A DNA stretch of 64,000 nucleotides from Candidatus Spongiisociaceae bacterium (GTDB lineage: Bacteria > Actinomycetota > Acidimicrobiia > Spongiisociales > Spongiisociaceae), in assembly GCA_965202665.1 (NCBI GenBank), contig OZ241841.1, positions 928,001-992,000 of the forward strand, read 5' to 3'. A program made the position numbers and the translations under genes. The notes beneath the pieces were generated by a model that saw nothing but the letters and a program-made list of their open reading frames with translations, was not told where the DNA came from and searched no databases. Positions 36,845-47,222 of the stretch are shown here, piece after piece. Every line of letters starts with the position of its first letter. The first letter of the stretch is position 1.

Positions 36845-38116
36845 TTGGCCGCTGAGGGTTCCCCTAATCCGATTATCCCGTCCGGCCTGACCGGCTGGAC
36901 CACTTTGGGCAACGGCGACCGCCGGCCTTTGGCCGGTTTTGACCGCCGGCTGGGGGCCAGGGCGGTTGACTGGGCGCTGGCGGGACTGGTCGCTTACCTG
37001 CTGTGGCGGGCTTTCGCCGCCGGGGACCGGGGGTGGTTCGCGGGCCTGTTTTTCCTGGCCCTTATTTTCTGGCTGGTCGGCATCTTGTACGAGGTTACGT
37101 TGACCGCCCTCAGCGGGCAGACGGTGGGCAAAATGCTGTTCGGGGCGAAAGTGGTGCGGGCCGACAACGGCCGGGCCCCGGGATGGTGGAAGTCCTTCGC
37201 CCGGCACCTGACCCTCAACGTTCTGAACCTCCTGCCGGCGCTGGGCAACTTGGCGACCCTGCTCATACACCTCTCCCCCGCTTTCTCCAACACCCTGCAA
37301 GGTTTGCACGACCGGACGGCGGCCACCGTGGTGATAAACACCCGGCCCAAAGGCGGGGAGGAACCCGACGGGGACCTTTTCGGGGCGGCTTCCCACGCTC
37401 CGGCTGCCATGACCGGCGCGGTGGTTTTAGGCAACCGCCAACAGCGTCGTCTAGCCGGACTGGGCCGTCGCTTGAGCGCCCGCGTCATTGACTTAGTACT
37501 GATGCTGTTGGTAGCCGCCCTGCTGTTGGTTTTGTGGTTCACCCGCTCCCTCAACAACATTCAGACGGTTATCCAAGACGCCCTCGACCAGCTGTCCAAC
37601 TCCCTGCAAAGCGCCGTCGATTCACTGGGCGACTTGGGCGACATCCGGGACGCCGATTCCGTCGGCGACACGCTCCGCGCCCTGTGGAATTCGGTTCAAC
37701 AAATGTGGAACCTGTTCGTGCAGAGCGTAAACGATGTTTTGTCCGCTTTCCTGACCGCGTTGCGCCAACTGCTGACCACCATCATCTGGATTATCATCAC
37801 CGCCGTCCTGTATCAGATAGTCATGATCGCCCTTTTGGGCTGGACGGTGGGCAAACTGGCGGTGGGCGTCAGGGTGGTGCGGGTGGACAACGGCCGCGCC
37901 CCCGGATTCGTCAAGTCCATCATCCGCTACCTGGTCATCAACCTTCCGTTCCTCTCCTGGCTGGTGCAACTGTCGCCCGTCTTCTACGATGGCCGCCAAG
38001 GATGGCACGACCGGGCCGCCTCCACTATCGTGGTAAGGCGCCTCAAACAGAAACCCAAAAACAAAAAAGACCAGCGGAACATTTCCGAATCCGAGGAAGG
38101 AAAAACAAATGACTGA
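36845..38116 (+). CDS. Double-RDD domain membrane protein
   Basis: Two R..AR..D / GQT.GK / QG.HD..A.T.V units; amphipathic helical insert in the second. Confidence 0.88.
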   Translation: MAAEGSPNPIIPSGLTGWTTLGNGDRRPLAGFDRRLGARAVDWALAGLVAYLLWRAFAAGDRGWFAGLFFLALIFWLVGILYEVTLTALSGQTVGKMLFGAKVVRADNGRAPGWWKSFARHLTLNVLNLLPALGNLATLLIHLSPAFSNTLQGLHDRTAATVVINTRPKGGEEPDGDLFGAASHAPAAMTGAVVLGNRQQRRLAGLGRRLSARVIDLVLMLLVAALLLVLWFTRSLNNIQTVIQDALDQLSNSLQSAVDSLGDLGDIRDADSVGDTLRALWNSVQQMWNLFVQSVNDVLSAFLTALRQLLTTIIWIIITAVLYQIVMIALLGWTVGKLAVGVRVVRVDNGRAPGFVKSIIRYLVINLPFLSWLVQLSPVFYDGRQGWHDRAASTIVVRRLKQKPKNKKDQRNISESEEGKTND

Positions 38117-38660
38117 CGCATCCGCCAGCCCGTCCCGACCCCAAGCCCAAGGCGGGATGGTTACCCTAGCCAACGGCCAAACCCGGCAACTGGCCGGCAT
38201 GTGGTTCCGCTTGTTGGCCCGTATCATCGACTGGATCATCGCCGGAGCGTTAGTGACGATCCTGTTTGCCATCGGCTTCCTCGGCGAGGCGGGAAACGAG
38301 GACTTCTGGAACGCGTTCGTCAACACGGAAAACGGGCAGACCTGGCGGGTAATACTGTTCGGACTGCTCTACGAAGTGTTGCTGATCGGCCTCCTGGGCC
38401 GTACCGTCGGAAAGATGGTTATGGGCATCAAAGTGGTGAAGGTCAGCAACGGCCATGTCCCTTGGCTGATCAAAGGATTCATCCGCTGGGCGATACTGGT
38501 CGGCATTCTGGCGATAGTCTCCCGCGCGGGCGGCGTTCTCGCTTCGCTGACCGGACTTGCCTACCTGCTGATTTACCTGTCGCCGTTGTTCAACAGGGCC
38601 CGCCAAGGCTGGCACGACATGCTGGCCTCCACCGTGGTAATCAAAACCCGCTCCGAATAG
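38109..38660 (+). CDS. RDD family membrane protein
   Basis: RLLARIID, GRTVGK, RQGWHDMLASTVVI. Confidence 0.9.
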   Translation: MTDASASPSRPQAQGGMVTLANGQTRQLAGMWFRLLARIIDWIIAGALVTILFAIGFLGEAGNEDFWNAFVNTENGQTWRVILFGLLYEVLLIGLLGRTVGKMVMGIKVVKVSNGHVPWLIKGFIRWAILVGILAIVSRAGGVLASLTGLAYLLIYLSPLFNRARQGWHDMLASTVVIKTRSE

Positions 38661-38793
38661 CCAACCGCGAAACCCGGCGCCGGCGTCAGCCAGGCGGCCA
38701 GGCGCCTACCAAGTTTAAAACGGAGCACCGGTCCCGGCCGTAGCCGTATTCCCGATCGTTCTCAAAAGCGCGCGGCCGCGACCGCGGGTTTCG

Positions 38794-41700
38794 TCAGCTG
38801 CAGCCGGTGGTGTCGCCGCAGGTCAGGCAGACGAAGCAGGAGCCGTTGCGAATAGTCATATGGCCGCAGGTGGAACAAACGGGGGCGTCCCCCATCATGG
38901 TTCCGGTGTCCATCTGCCGGACAATCCGGGCCTCCGCCGCCCCGCCCGCCGCAAACCGGGATGCCGCAACCGGGACAACCTCCCCTTTCGCGTGTACGTG
39001 CGGGACAGATAGAGGGTTGTTTGCGCCGGGGTTTGGGCCGGCCGGGTTTTTAGCGCGGTAGGCCGCCTCCAACGGAGCGGGAGGAGGTTCTTCTTCGGCT
39101 CCGTCCGCAAAACGGGCGGCGACCGTCTGGGCGTCGATGTCCGACTCTTTGGCCGCCTCCGCCAGTTCCATCTGCGTGCCCGCCTCGGTCACCACCCCTT
39201 TCGGCAACCCGGGGAGTTCCTGTTGCCGGTCGGGGGGGACCTGCGCCAAATCATCCCAATGCAGATACTCCACCCCCAACGCCCGGAACACGTAATCAAT
39301 GATGGAACTGGCCATTTTGATGTTGGAATGGCCTTCCACGATTCCCCGCGGCTCGAACATCTGATGGGCGAAAGTGTTCACGAATTCTTCCAGCGGCACC
39401 CCGTACTGCAACCCTTTGCTGACCGCGATGGCGAAACAGCCCAGCACCCCCCGCAGGGTGGCCCCTTCTTTGGCCAAATCCAAAAACACCTCCCCCAGGG
39501 TTCCGTCCTCGTATTCCCCGGTGCGCAGATACACCTTGTACCCCCCGATGCGGGCCTCCTGCGTCCAACCGCCCCGGCGGGCGGGCAACAGGAACCGGGG
39601 ACGGGGATAACTGGTGTAGGCTTTGGTGGGGGAAACGCCCTCCGGAAACTGGCCCAGGAACATGGCCGCCTCCCCGGCCAAAACCTCCTCCGCTTCGTCC
39701 GGCAACTCTTCGGATTCCCCATCGCTGGAGGAGGCGGACAGCGGCTGGGAGGCTTTGGATCCGTCCCGGTAGAGGGCCATCGCCTTCACCCCCATGCGCC
39801 ACGACATCAGATAGGCTTCGGACACATCCTCGGGCGTCGCCTCGTGGGGCATGTTGATGGTTTTGGAGATGGCCCCGGAAATGAAAGGCTGGGCGGCGGC
39901 CATCATTTTGATGTGCCCGGTGTGGTGGATGAACCGGGTTCCGTAGCGTCCGTTGCGGTTGGCGCAGTCGAACACCGCCTGGTGCTCCTCCCGCAGATAG
40001 GGGGCCCCTTCCATGGTCTGATGCCCGCACACCCGGTCGTTGGCGGCCTTAATCTGCTCCCCGGTGAACCCCAGCGCCGACAGCAGATCGAACCCGGGAG
40101 CGGAATATTCGGCCTCGTCCAACCCCAGCCGTTCCATCGCCTCCGCCCCCAAAGTGAACGCGTTGCAGGCGTTGTCCAAGCCGAAGGCCCCCGGCAGGGC
40201 TTTCTCAATCCGCCCCAGGTCGTCGGCGGTCAAACCTTTGGCGGCCAAAGTCTCATGGTTGACGTAGGGGGCGCCCGCCAAAGTGGAAGAACCCACCACA
40301 TAGGTGAGTATCTCCCCGATTTGGGTTTCGTCGTAGCCGAGGCGGCGCAAAGCGGGGGAGATGGACTGGTTGGCTATCTTGAAATACCCTCCCCCGGCCA
40401 GTTTCTTGAATTTGACCAAGGCGAAGTCGGGTTCCACGCCGGTGGTGTCGCAGTCCATCACCAGCCCGATGGTGCCGGTGGGGGCCAGCACGGTGGCCTG
40501 GGCGTTGCGGTAGCCGTGGCGCTGCCCCAACTCCAAAGCCCGACCCCAGGCCCGCCGGGCCGCCTCCAGCAGATAAGACGGGCAAACCGCCGCGTCCAAC
40601 CCGGACACCTGCGCGGTCACCCCCTCGTAGTCGGAGGAGTCGTAGGCGGCCCGGCGGTGGTTGCGAATCACCCGCAACATCGCCTCCCGGTTCTCGGCGA
40701 ATTTGGAGAACGGCCCCCGCACCGCGGCCATCTCCGCCGAAGCGGCGTAGGCCTCGCCGGTGAGTATCGCCGTCAAAGCCCCGGCCGCGGCCCGCCCCTC
40801 GTCGGAGTCGTAGGCGATCCCGGAACGCATCAGCAGGCTCCCCAAGTTGGCGTAGCCCAGCCCCAAAGTCCGGTAATCGTAAGACCCCCGGGCGATGGGC
40901 GGGGACGGGAAATGGGCCATCGTCACCGAAATCTCCAGCACGATGGTCCACATTCGGATGGCGTGCCGGTAGGACTCCACATCGAACACCCCGGTCTCGG
41001 GGTCCCAGAAGGACACCAGGTTGATGCTGGCCAGGTTGCAGGCGGTGTCGTCCAAAAACATATACTCCGAACAGGGGTTGGAGGCCCGAATCTCCCCCCC
41101 GGCGGGGGCGGTGTTCCATTCGTTGATGGTGGTGTGGTACTGCATCCCCGGGTCGGCGCACGACCAAGCGGCCTCGGCGATCCGGTTCCACAAATCCCGG
41201 GCTTTCACCGTGCGACGCACCTTCCCATCCACCCGGTTGGTCAGCCGCCACTCCCCGTCTTCCTTCACCGCCTCCAGGAACTCGTCGGTGACTCGCACCG
41301 AATTGTTGGAGTTCTGGCCGGACACGGTGGCGTAGGCCTCCCCGTTGAAATCAGCCGGGAACCCGCCGTGTTCTATAAGCAACCGGGCCTTGTCTTCCTC
41401 ATCTTTCTTCCAGGCGATGAAAGCCTCAATGTCGGGATGGTCCACGTCCAAGATGACCATCTTGGCCGCCCGCCGGGTGGTGCCGCCCGATTTGATGGCC
41501 CCCGCCGCCCGATCGCCGATCTTCAGGAAGGACATCAACCCGGAGGAGCGTCCGCCGCCCGCCAGCGGCTCCCCTTCCGCCCGCAGGCTGGAAAAGTTGG
41601 AGCCGGTGCCGGAACCCATTTTGAACAGGCGGGCCTCCCGCACCCACAGGTCCATTATCCCCCCTTCGTTGACCAGATCGTCGGCCACCGACTGGATGAA

Positions 41701-42321
41701 GCAGGCATGGGGGGCGGGGCGGGTGTAGGCGTCCGGGGAGGAAACCAGTTCCCCGGTCTCCTCATCTACGAACCAGAAACCCTGCGGGGTGCCGGTGATC
41801 CCGTACTTGTGGCGCAGGCCGGTGTTGAACCACTGCGGGCTGTTGGGGGCGGCTATCTGCCGGGCCAGCATGTATTTGATTTCGTCGCAGAAGGCGTCGG
41901 CGTCGGCTTCGGTGTCGAAATACCCGTACTCGTTCCCCCAGTGGCGCCAGGTTTCGGCCAGCCGGTCGAACACCGCCCGGGCGGAACGTTCCGCCCCCAG
42001 CACCGGGGAGCCGTCCCGGTCGACCAGCGGGGAGCCGTCTTCGGCCACCTGGGGCACCCCCGCCTTGCGGAAATACTTGGAAACGATGATGTCGACGGCC
42101 ACTTGCGACCAGTCGGCGGGGACTTCGGCGTCGGTCATCTCGAACACCACCGACCCGTCCGGGTTGACGATCCGGGAGTCCCGCCGCGCCCACCGCACGG
42201 CCTGGTAGGGGTCGCGGCCCGCCTGCGTAAACCGCCGCTCGACGGCCAACCCGCCGCCGTCCCCCAACTGGGCCTTGTACGCCGCGTTCCCTTCCGTCGC
42301 CTGTCCCAGCATACGCCGCAT
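38794..42321 (-). CDS. nrdJ: Vitamin B12-dependent (class II) ribonucleotide reductase
   Basis: APNSPQWFN, HACFI, SNPCSEY, LGLGYANLG, APTGTI, QPFISGAISKTIN, YRDGSK, C-terminal CSTC/CLTC..CS. Confidence 0.96.
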   Translation of the reverse strand: MRRMLGQATEGNAAYKAQLGDGGGLAVERRFTQAGRDPYQAVRWARRDSRIVNPDGSVVFEMTDAEVPADWSQVAVDIIVSKYFRKAGVPQVAEDGSPLVDRDGSPVLGAERSARAVFDRLAETWRHWGNEYGYFDTEADADAFCDEIKYMLARQIAAPNSPQWFNTGLRHKYGITGTPQGFWFVDEETGELVSSPDAYTRPAPHACFIQSVADDLVNEGGIMDLWVREARLFKMGSGTGSNFSSLRAEGEPLAGGGRSSGLMSFLKIGDRAAGAIKSGGTTRRAAKMVILDVDHPDIEAFIAWKKDEEDKARLLIEHGGFPADFNGEAYATVSGQNSNNSVRVTDEFLEAVKEDGEWRLTNRVDGKVRRTVKARDLWNRIAEAAWSCADPGMQYHTTINEWNTAPAGGEIRASNPCSEYMFLDDTACNLASINLVSFWDPETGVFDVESYRHAIRMWTIVLEISVTMAHFPSPPIARGSYDYRTLGLGYANLGSLLMRSGIAYDSDEGRAAAGALTAILTGEAYAASAEMAAVRGPFSKFAENREAMLRVIRNHRRAAYDSSDYEGVTAQVSGLDAAVCPSYLLEAARRAWGRALELGQRHGYRNAQATVLAPTGTIGLVMDCDTTGVEPDFALVKFKKLAGGGYFKIANQSISPALRRLGYDETQIGEILTYVVGSSTLAGAPYVNHETLAAKGLTADDLGRIEKALPGAFGLDNACNAFTLGAEAMERLGLDEAEYSAPGFDLLSALGFTGEQIKAANDRVCGHQTMEGAPYLREEHQAVFDCANRNGRYGTRFIHHTGHIKMMAAAQPFISGAISKTINMPHEATPEDVSEAYLMSWRMGVKAMALYRDGSKASQPLSASSSDGESEELPDEAEEVLAGEAAMFLGQFPEGVSPTKAYTSYPRPRFLLPARRGGWTQEARIGGYKVYLRTGEYEDGTLGEVFLDLAKEGATLRGVLGCFAIAVSKGLQYGVPLEEFVNTFAHQMFEPRGIVEGHSNIKMASSIIDYVFRALGVEYLHWDDLAQVPPDRQQELPGLPKGVVTEAGTQMELAEAAKESDIDAQTVAARFADGAEEEPPPAPLEAAYRAKNPAGPNPGANNPLSVPHVHAKGEVVPVAASRFAAGGAAEARIVRQMDTGTMMGDAPVCSTCGHMTIRNGSCFVCLTCGDTTGCS

Positions 42322-42335
42322 CTCCCTCCTGATCG

Positions 42336-42357
42336 GAACTAATTGGCCAATTAGTTC
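42336..42357. promoter_or_regulatory. Perfect 22-bp palindrome upstream of nrdJ RBS
   Basis: GAACTAATTGGCCAATTAGTTC is its own reverse complement. Confidence 0.6.
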
Positions 42358-42717
42358 GCTAAATGGCCAAGCAATTTACTTGTATATTGTTTCAATACCA
42401 AGTTATTTGCTATTAATTGTCCCGCATGCGCCACACCCTCCCTTCCTGCTTGTATCTGCCCCCCAGGGGGGCAGGCTATCGTAATATCATTTATGTAATT
42501 TGTCAAATTACCGGCCTTGGGGGGACAGAGCCAGCACCGATCGTCCGAGGCGGAAGTACAAACGTCCAGGTAGCCCGCGGGCGATCGTTCGGGAAGTTGC
42601 GGGGAAGGGGGGCGCAACCGCCCCCGGGGATGGGATTACCATAGCCCGGCTTTTTCTGGGGCGTCCGCTCCAGGGCGGAATTTTTTTTCGGGCGGTAGAG
42701 GCGGTAGAATGGGGCGC

Positions 42718-43860
42718 ATGGACCTGTATGCGCGCGTAAACATCCTGAACGGCCAAGCGGTGCGTTTGCGTCGGGGGCTGGTCTCCGACGCCATGACCTT
42801 GGACGAAGACCCCATCAACCGGGTGCGGGGCTGGGTGGAGCAGGGAGCGGATCACATCTTGGTGGTGGATTTGGATGCGGCCGCCTTCGGCTCCTACCAG
42901 AACCGCCCCATCATCGACCGGATGCTGGAGGAGGTTCCGGTGCGGACGGTGGTGGCGGGCGGGGTGCGCTCCGACAAGGAAGCCGACCGCCTCATCAAGC
43001 AGGGGGCGTGGCGGGTGATGATGGGCACCGCCGCCATCGAACGGGACAACATGGTGTGGGATCTGTGCCGCGACCATCCGGGCAAAATCATGGTCTCCTT
43101 GGACGTGCTGGAAAACGAAGAGTTGGTAACCAGGGGCTGGACGCTCAACTCGGGGCGTTTTTTGGAGGAGGTGATGTTGTCCATGGCCTCCTGCGGCGTG
43201 ACCGCCTTTTTCGTGACCGACGCCCGCCGGGATGTGCTGTCGGAGGCCCCCAACACCGACATTCTGCGGGCGGCCATGGAATACGTGGACGAGCCGATCA
43301 TCGCCGCCGGGGGCACCCGCCATTTGGAGGATGTGGCGCTGTTGCGTTCCATCAAAGTCAACGGACGCGCCTTGGCCGGCTTGGTGGTGGGGCGGGAGGT
43401 GACCGAAGGCCGGTTCACCATCGAGGAGGCGCTGGCCGCCTTGCGGGAGCCGCCGGAGCCGACCTCCCCCGCTTTGGCCCAGATGCGGGTGGTGCTGCAG
43501 TGCCGGGATTTGCGCCGCAGCGCCGTTTTCTACGAGGAACTGCTGGGTTTCCGGGAGTTGGAAACCTGGGAGGGGGGGTTGCTTTTGGAAGCGGTGGACG
43601 GTTCCCTGGTGGAGTTGACGGCCACTTCCGGGGGCGGAACGGGCGGGGCTTCGCTGTCGCTCCTGACGGACAACCTGGACGCCTGGGCGGAACGGGTAAA
43701 AAACAGCAAAACCCCGCTGACCTGGGACAACGCCGATTCGGGACGGCGGTTGATCATAGAGGACCCGGACGCCCGCCCGATAATTCTGGCCGAAGGCAAA
43801 GCCGATTTCCACACCCCCACCGGCCACCTGGCCCGCCCCTACCGCACCTTCACCCCCTAA
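42718..43860 (+). CDS. HisA/PriA-like TIM barrel fused to C-terminal VOC/glyoxalase domain
   Basis: GQAVRL, VVDLDAA, AGGVRS, MGTAA, SLDV, IAAGG; then DLRRSAVFYEELLGF...IEDPD; TAGAAT 7 nt before ATG 42718. Confidence 0.8.
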   Translation: MDLYARVNILNGQAVRLRRGLVSDAMTLDEDPINRVRGWVEQGADHILVVDLDAAAFGSYQNRPIIDRMLEEVPVRTVVAGGVRSDKEADRLIKQGAWRVMMGTAAIERDNMVWDLCRDHPGKIMVSLDVLENEELVTRGWTLNSGRFLEEVMLSMASCGVTAFFVTDARRDVLSEAPNTDILRAAMEYVDEPIIAAGGTRHLEDVALLRSIKVNGRALAGLVVGREVTEGRFTIEEALAALREPPEPTSPALAQMRVVLQCRDLRRSAVFYEELLGFRELETWEGGLLLEAVDGSLVELTATSGGGTGGASLSLLTDNLDAWAERVKNSKTPLTWDNADSGRRLIIEDPDARPIILAEGKADFHTPTGHLARPYRTFTP

Positions 43861-43939
43861 CCCCGCCCCGCCCGGACCACCCGCCACACCCCCGCTGGCA
43901 AACCGCGCCGCCGTTGCCCGGGCTTACGGCGTCCGGGTT

Positions 43940-45295
43940 TCAGGCGAGGGCGGCGTCTCCGGCTCGGCGGGCGGCTATGTGGATCAAATCCCACACTCCG
44001 GAAAACGGCGGGGCGTAGGCCAAATCCGCCCAGGCCAGGTCTTGGGCGGTCATCCCCGACCAGATGGCGGCGGCGAACACGTCGATGCGCTTGCCCGCCC
44101 CCGGCCCGCCCACCACTTGCGCCCCCAAGATGCGCCCGGTTCCCTTTTCGGCGGCTACCCGGATGGTCATCGGGGCGGCGGCCGGCCAATATCCGGCGGC
44201 GGTGGTTCCCTGCGCCTCCCCGACGACCGCCCGCATTCCGGCGGCGGCCGCGTCGGAAGCCCGCAGGCCGGTGGATGAAATTTCCAATTCGCAAATTTTG
44301 ACGATGGCGGTGCCCAGCGCCCCGGGGAAACGGGCCTCCCCACCGCCGATGTTGATTCCCGCCACCCGCCCCGCCTTGTTGGCGATGGTTCCCAGATGGT
44401 AGTTGACCGGAGCCCCTGTTATAAAATGCCGGGCTTCGGCGCAGTCGCCCGCCGACCACACCCCGTCCCGGTCGGTGCGTTGCCGGTCGTCCACCGCCAC
44501 CGCCCCGGTTTCCCCCACCCCCACCCCGGCTTGCCGGGCCAGTTCGGATTCCGGGCGGAACCCCAGGCCGAGCACCACCGCCTCCGCCGGATGGGTTTCG
44601 CCTTCGCATCCCACGCTTGACGCCCGTTCCCCCCCGTTGATGCATTCCACGCGGGTTCCGGTCACCACCCGGATGCCCATGTTTTCCATCGCCTCCACCA
44701 CCTGTCCGCCCAAGTCGGGGTCCAGGGTGCGTTCCAGCACCGCCTCCCCGGAGGTGAGAACGGTGGTTCGCCATCCCCGGGCGTGGAAGGCCTCCGCCGC
44801 CTCCAAACCCACGTAGCCTCCCCCCACCACCACCGCATTTCCCGGCCCTTGGTCGGCGGCGGCCCGCAACAGGGCGGCGTCGTCCAAAGTGTGCAACCCG
44901 TACACGCCGGGCAGGTCCGCCCCGTTGATGGGTGGCCGCAATGGACGGGCGCCGGTGGCGATCATCAACTGGTCGAAGCCGAAGCTGACCGATTCCCCGG
45001 CATCCAAGTCGGCGGCCTGCACGATGCGGCGGTCCAAGTCGATGGCGACCGCTTCGTGGCGGGTGCGCACTTCGATGTCCATGGCCGCGAAGGCTTCGGG
45101 GGTGCGGGCCACCAACCGTTCCAGCGGTTCCACGTAACCGGCTACGTAGTAGGGCTCGCCGCAGGCCGAGTAACTCACCCAGTTGGAACGTTCCAGGGCG
45201 ATGATTTCCAATTCGGCGGACGAACGGCGGCGGCGGGCCTGGGAGGCGGCGGACATCCCGGCCGCGTCCCCGCCGATGACGACCAGCCTTTCCAT
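43940..45295 (-). CDS. CoA-disulfide reductase/NADH oxidase family flavoprotein
   Basis: IGGDAAGMSAA, SYSACG active Cys, ATGA, GGGYVGLE, SAGDC, DLAYAPPFS. Confidence 0.9.
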   Translation of the reverse strand: MERLVVIGGDAAGMSAASQARRRRSSAELEIIALERSNWVSYSACGEPYYVAGYVEPLERLVARTPEAFAAMDIEVRTRHEAVAIDLDRRIVQAADLDAGESVSFGFDQLMIATGARPLRPPINGADLPGVYGLHTLDDAALLRAAADQGPGNAVVVGGGYVGLEAAEAFHARGWRTTVLTSGEAVLERTLDPDLGGQVVEAMENMGIRVVTGTRVECINGGERASSVGCEGETHPAEAVVLGLGFRPESELARQAGVGVGETGAVAVDDRQRTDRDGVWSAGDCAEARHFITGAPVNYHLGTIANKAGRVAGINIGGGEARFPGALGTAIVKICELEISSTGLRASDAAAAGMRAVVGEAQGTTAAGYWPAAAPMTIRVAAEKGTGRILGAQVVGGPGAGKRIDVFAAAIWSGMTAQDLAWADLAYAPPFSGVWDLIHIAARRAGDAALA

Positions 45296-45326
45296 GCCTC
45301 CTCCCTATCAGGAGGGGACGGGCCGG

Positions 45327-45695
45327 TCAGCGGCGTTTGCCGGCCTGCTTCTCCTTTTGCCGTTTGCGGCGGCGCAACCAGAAGGTGATGAATTCGTCGG
45401 CTACCACCGACAGCAGCACCACCAGCAGGATCAGCACCACCAACGGCATCCGCCAAGTCCAAAACAGGAAGTTGACTTCGGCGGAGGCGATGTTCTGGAC
45501 AGCGAAGATGGCGATCAGCACCACCGCCACCAGGCTCACCACCAGCCCCCAGCGTATGCCCGACCGCAAAGTTTCTTCCGGCGAGTCGGCGGACGAAGCG
45601 GTGTCTTTCTGTTTGGCCAGCGGGTCGGGGCGGCCCGGTTGGGGCGGGCCGGAGGGCCGCGGCTTGGGTTCGGGGGGAGTGTTGGTTCTATCCAT
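45327..45695 (-). CDS. LapA (DUF1049) family membrane protein
   Basis: IFAVQN...VNFLFW...PL, two TM segments, basic tail. Confidence 0.8.
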   Translation of the reverse strand: MDRTNTPPEPKPRPSGPPQPGRPDPLAKQKDTASSADSPEETLRSGIRWGLVVSLVAVVLIAIFAVQNIASAEVNFLFWTWRMPLVVLILLVVLLSVVADEFITFWLRRRKRQKEKQAGKRR

Positions 45696-45773
45696 ATGGT
45701 TAGGTTACACTAAACAGACCGACTCCGCTAGCGGACGGCGGGAATTGTCCACCCGATGATAAGGAGACAGCCG

Positions 45774-46523
45774 ATGGCCAATGCGATACGGGAACGGGTG
45801 CGGGAGGAGTACGCGCAAACGGCCCGCGCCGCCCGTCATACGACCGGAGGCGATTCCTGTTGCAACGGGGAAGGATGTTGCGGCGGGGCGGGCGAGGCGG
45901 AAATCGCCCACCGGCATTACTCCGACGCCGAGTTGGGGGAGTTGCCAACGGCGGCCGCCGAAGCCTCCCGGGGTTGCGGCAATCCGATGGCGGTGGCCGA
46001 CCTGCGCCCGGGGGAGACGGTGCTGGATCTGGGTTCCGGCGGGGGGATCGACGTGTTGCTGTCCGCCCGGCGGGTGGGGCCGGACGGGTTCGCCTACGGG
46101 TTGGACATGACCGAGGAGATGCTGGAGCTGGCCCGGGCCAACGCCGTCCAAGCCGGGGTGGAAAACGTGGAGTTTCTAGCCGGGCTAATGGAGGAGATTC
46201 CCCTGCCGGACGACAGCGTGGACGTGGTCATTTCCAACTGCGTAATCAACCTGTCCACCGACAAGCAAGCCGTGTTCCGGGAAATAGCCCGCGTGCTCCG
46301 CCCCGGAGGCCGGTGCGGCATCTACGACATCGTGGCCGAAAACGGAATGAGCCAAAAGGAACGCCTGGATCGGGGCTCCTGGGTAGGTTGCATAGCCGGA
46401 GCCCTAACCTTCGAAGAATTCCAAGCTGGCCTAGAGAAGGCGGGCCTGACCAACATAGAGATAACCCCCCACCACCAAGAAACCGAACACATGCACTCCT
46501 GCATAATCCGAGCCACCCGATAA
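45774..46523 (+). CDS. arsM: Arsenite methyltransferase
   Basis: [40 protein letters not shown]. Confidence 0.9.
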   Translation: MANAIRERVREEYAQTARAARHTTGGDSCCNGEGCCGGAGEAEIAHRHYSDAELGELPTAAAEASRGCGNPMAVADLRPGETVLDLGSGGGIDVLLSARRVGPDGFAYGLDMTEEMLELARANAVQAGVENVEFLAGLMEEIPLPDDSVDVVISNCVINLSTDKQAVFREIARVLRPGGRCGIYDIVAENGMSQKERLDRGSWVGCIAGALTFEEFQAGLEKAGLTNIEITPHHQETEHMHSCIIRATR

Positions 46524-46571
46524 GTGTATAATAGACAACCAAGGAAATACGGCCTTACACAGGAGCCAACA

Positions 46572-47222
46572 ATGAGCGCGAACCTGCTAAAGGAGTTGGA
46601 GAAAGAGGGTTGGGCTACAATGCCCGCCGAATCCAAAGATACTGAGCATATCCAGAGTGCTTTAGTATCTATTGCAGCCGACTTGGGTCAGCCCATTTCG
46701 ACCAAAAACGGCGTCGTTGAAGAAGTATCGCCGTATCACATAGAAGATAGTAATCCTAACTCTCTGAGCGGAAAGTATGGTTTAGATAATTTTCCGCTAC
46801 ATTGCGATACAAGTCATTGGGTTGTGCCTTGCCGTTATGTACTGCTTTCCTGTAAGAAGGCCAGCGATATTCCTGTTTCAACAAAACTACTTGATACTCT
46901 AAATATGGATTTATCATTGTCGGACAAACAACTTGCCCTATCTTCCGTTTTTCTTATCAAAAATGGTAGAAAGTCATTCTATTCTAGCATTCTATCATCC
47001 AGTAGAGATTTTATCCGCCTAGACCCTGGTTACATGTATGCGTTGGATGACGATGGTAAAAAGGCGATGGAAGTTTATTCTTACGCCAAACAGAAGGCTA
47101 AGATTATAGAAATAAATTGGCAAATAGCCGATATATTAATAATTGATAATTGGAGAGTCCTCCATGGGCGAGGAGCAAGTCCAAAATTGGATCGCAAACT
47201 ACTAAGAGTTCGTGTAAAATGA
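46572..47222 (+). CDS. TauD/TfdA-type 2OG-Fe(II) dioxygenase (AT-rich island)
   Basis: FPLHCDT (HxD), RYVLLSC, IIDNWRVLHGR, RKLLRV; AGGAG RBS; TATAAT at 46527-46532. Confidence 0.85.
   Translation: MSANLLKELEKEGWATMPAESKDTEHIQSALVSIAADLGQPISTKNGVVEEVSPYHIEDSNPNSLSGKYGLDNFPLHCDTSHWVVPCRYVLLSCKKASDIPVSTKLLDTLNMDLSLSDKQLALSSVFLIKNGRKSFYSSILSSSRDFIRLDPGYMYALDDDGKKAMEVYSYAKQKAKIIEINWQIADILIIDNWRVLHGRGASPKLDRKLLRVRVK

Noticed and set aside
38794-42321. Intein or intron in nrdJ
   Set aside because: No splice-junction or LAGLIDADG motifs; length fits long NrdJ with a C-terminal domain
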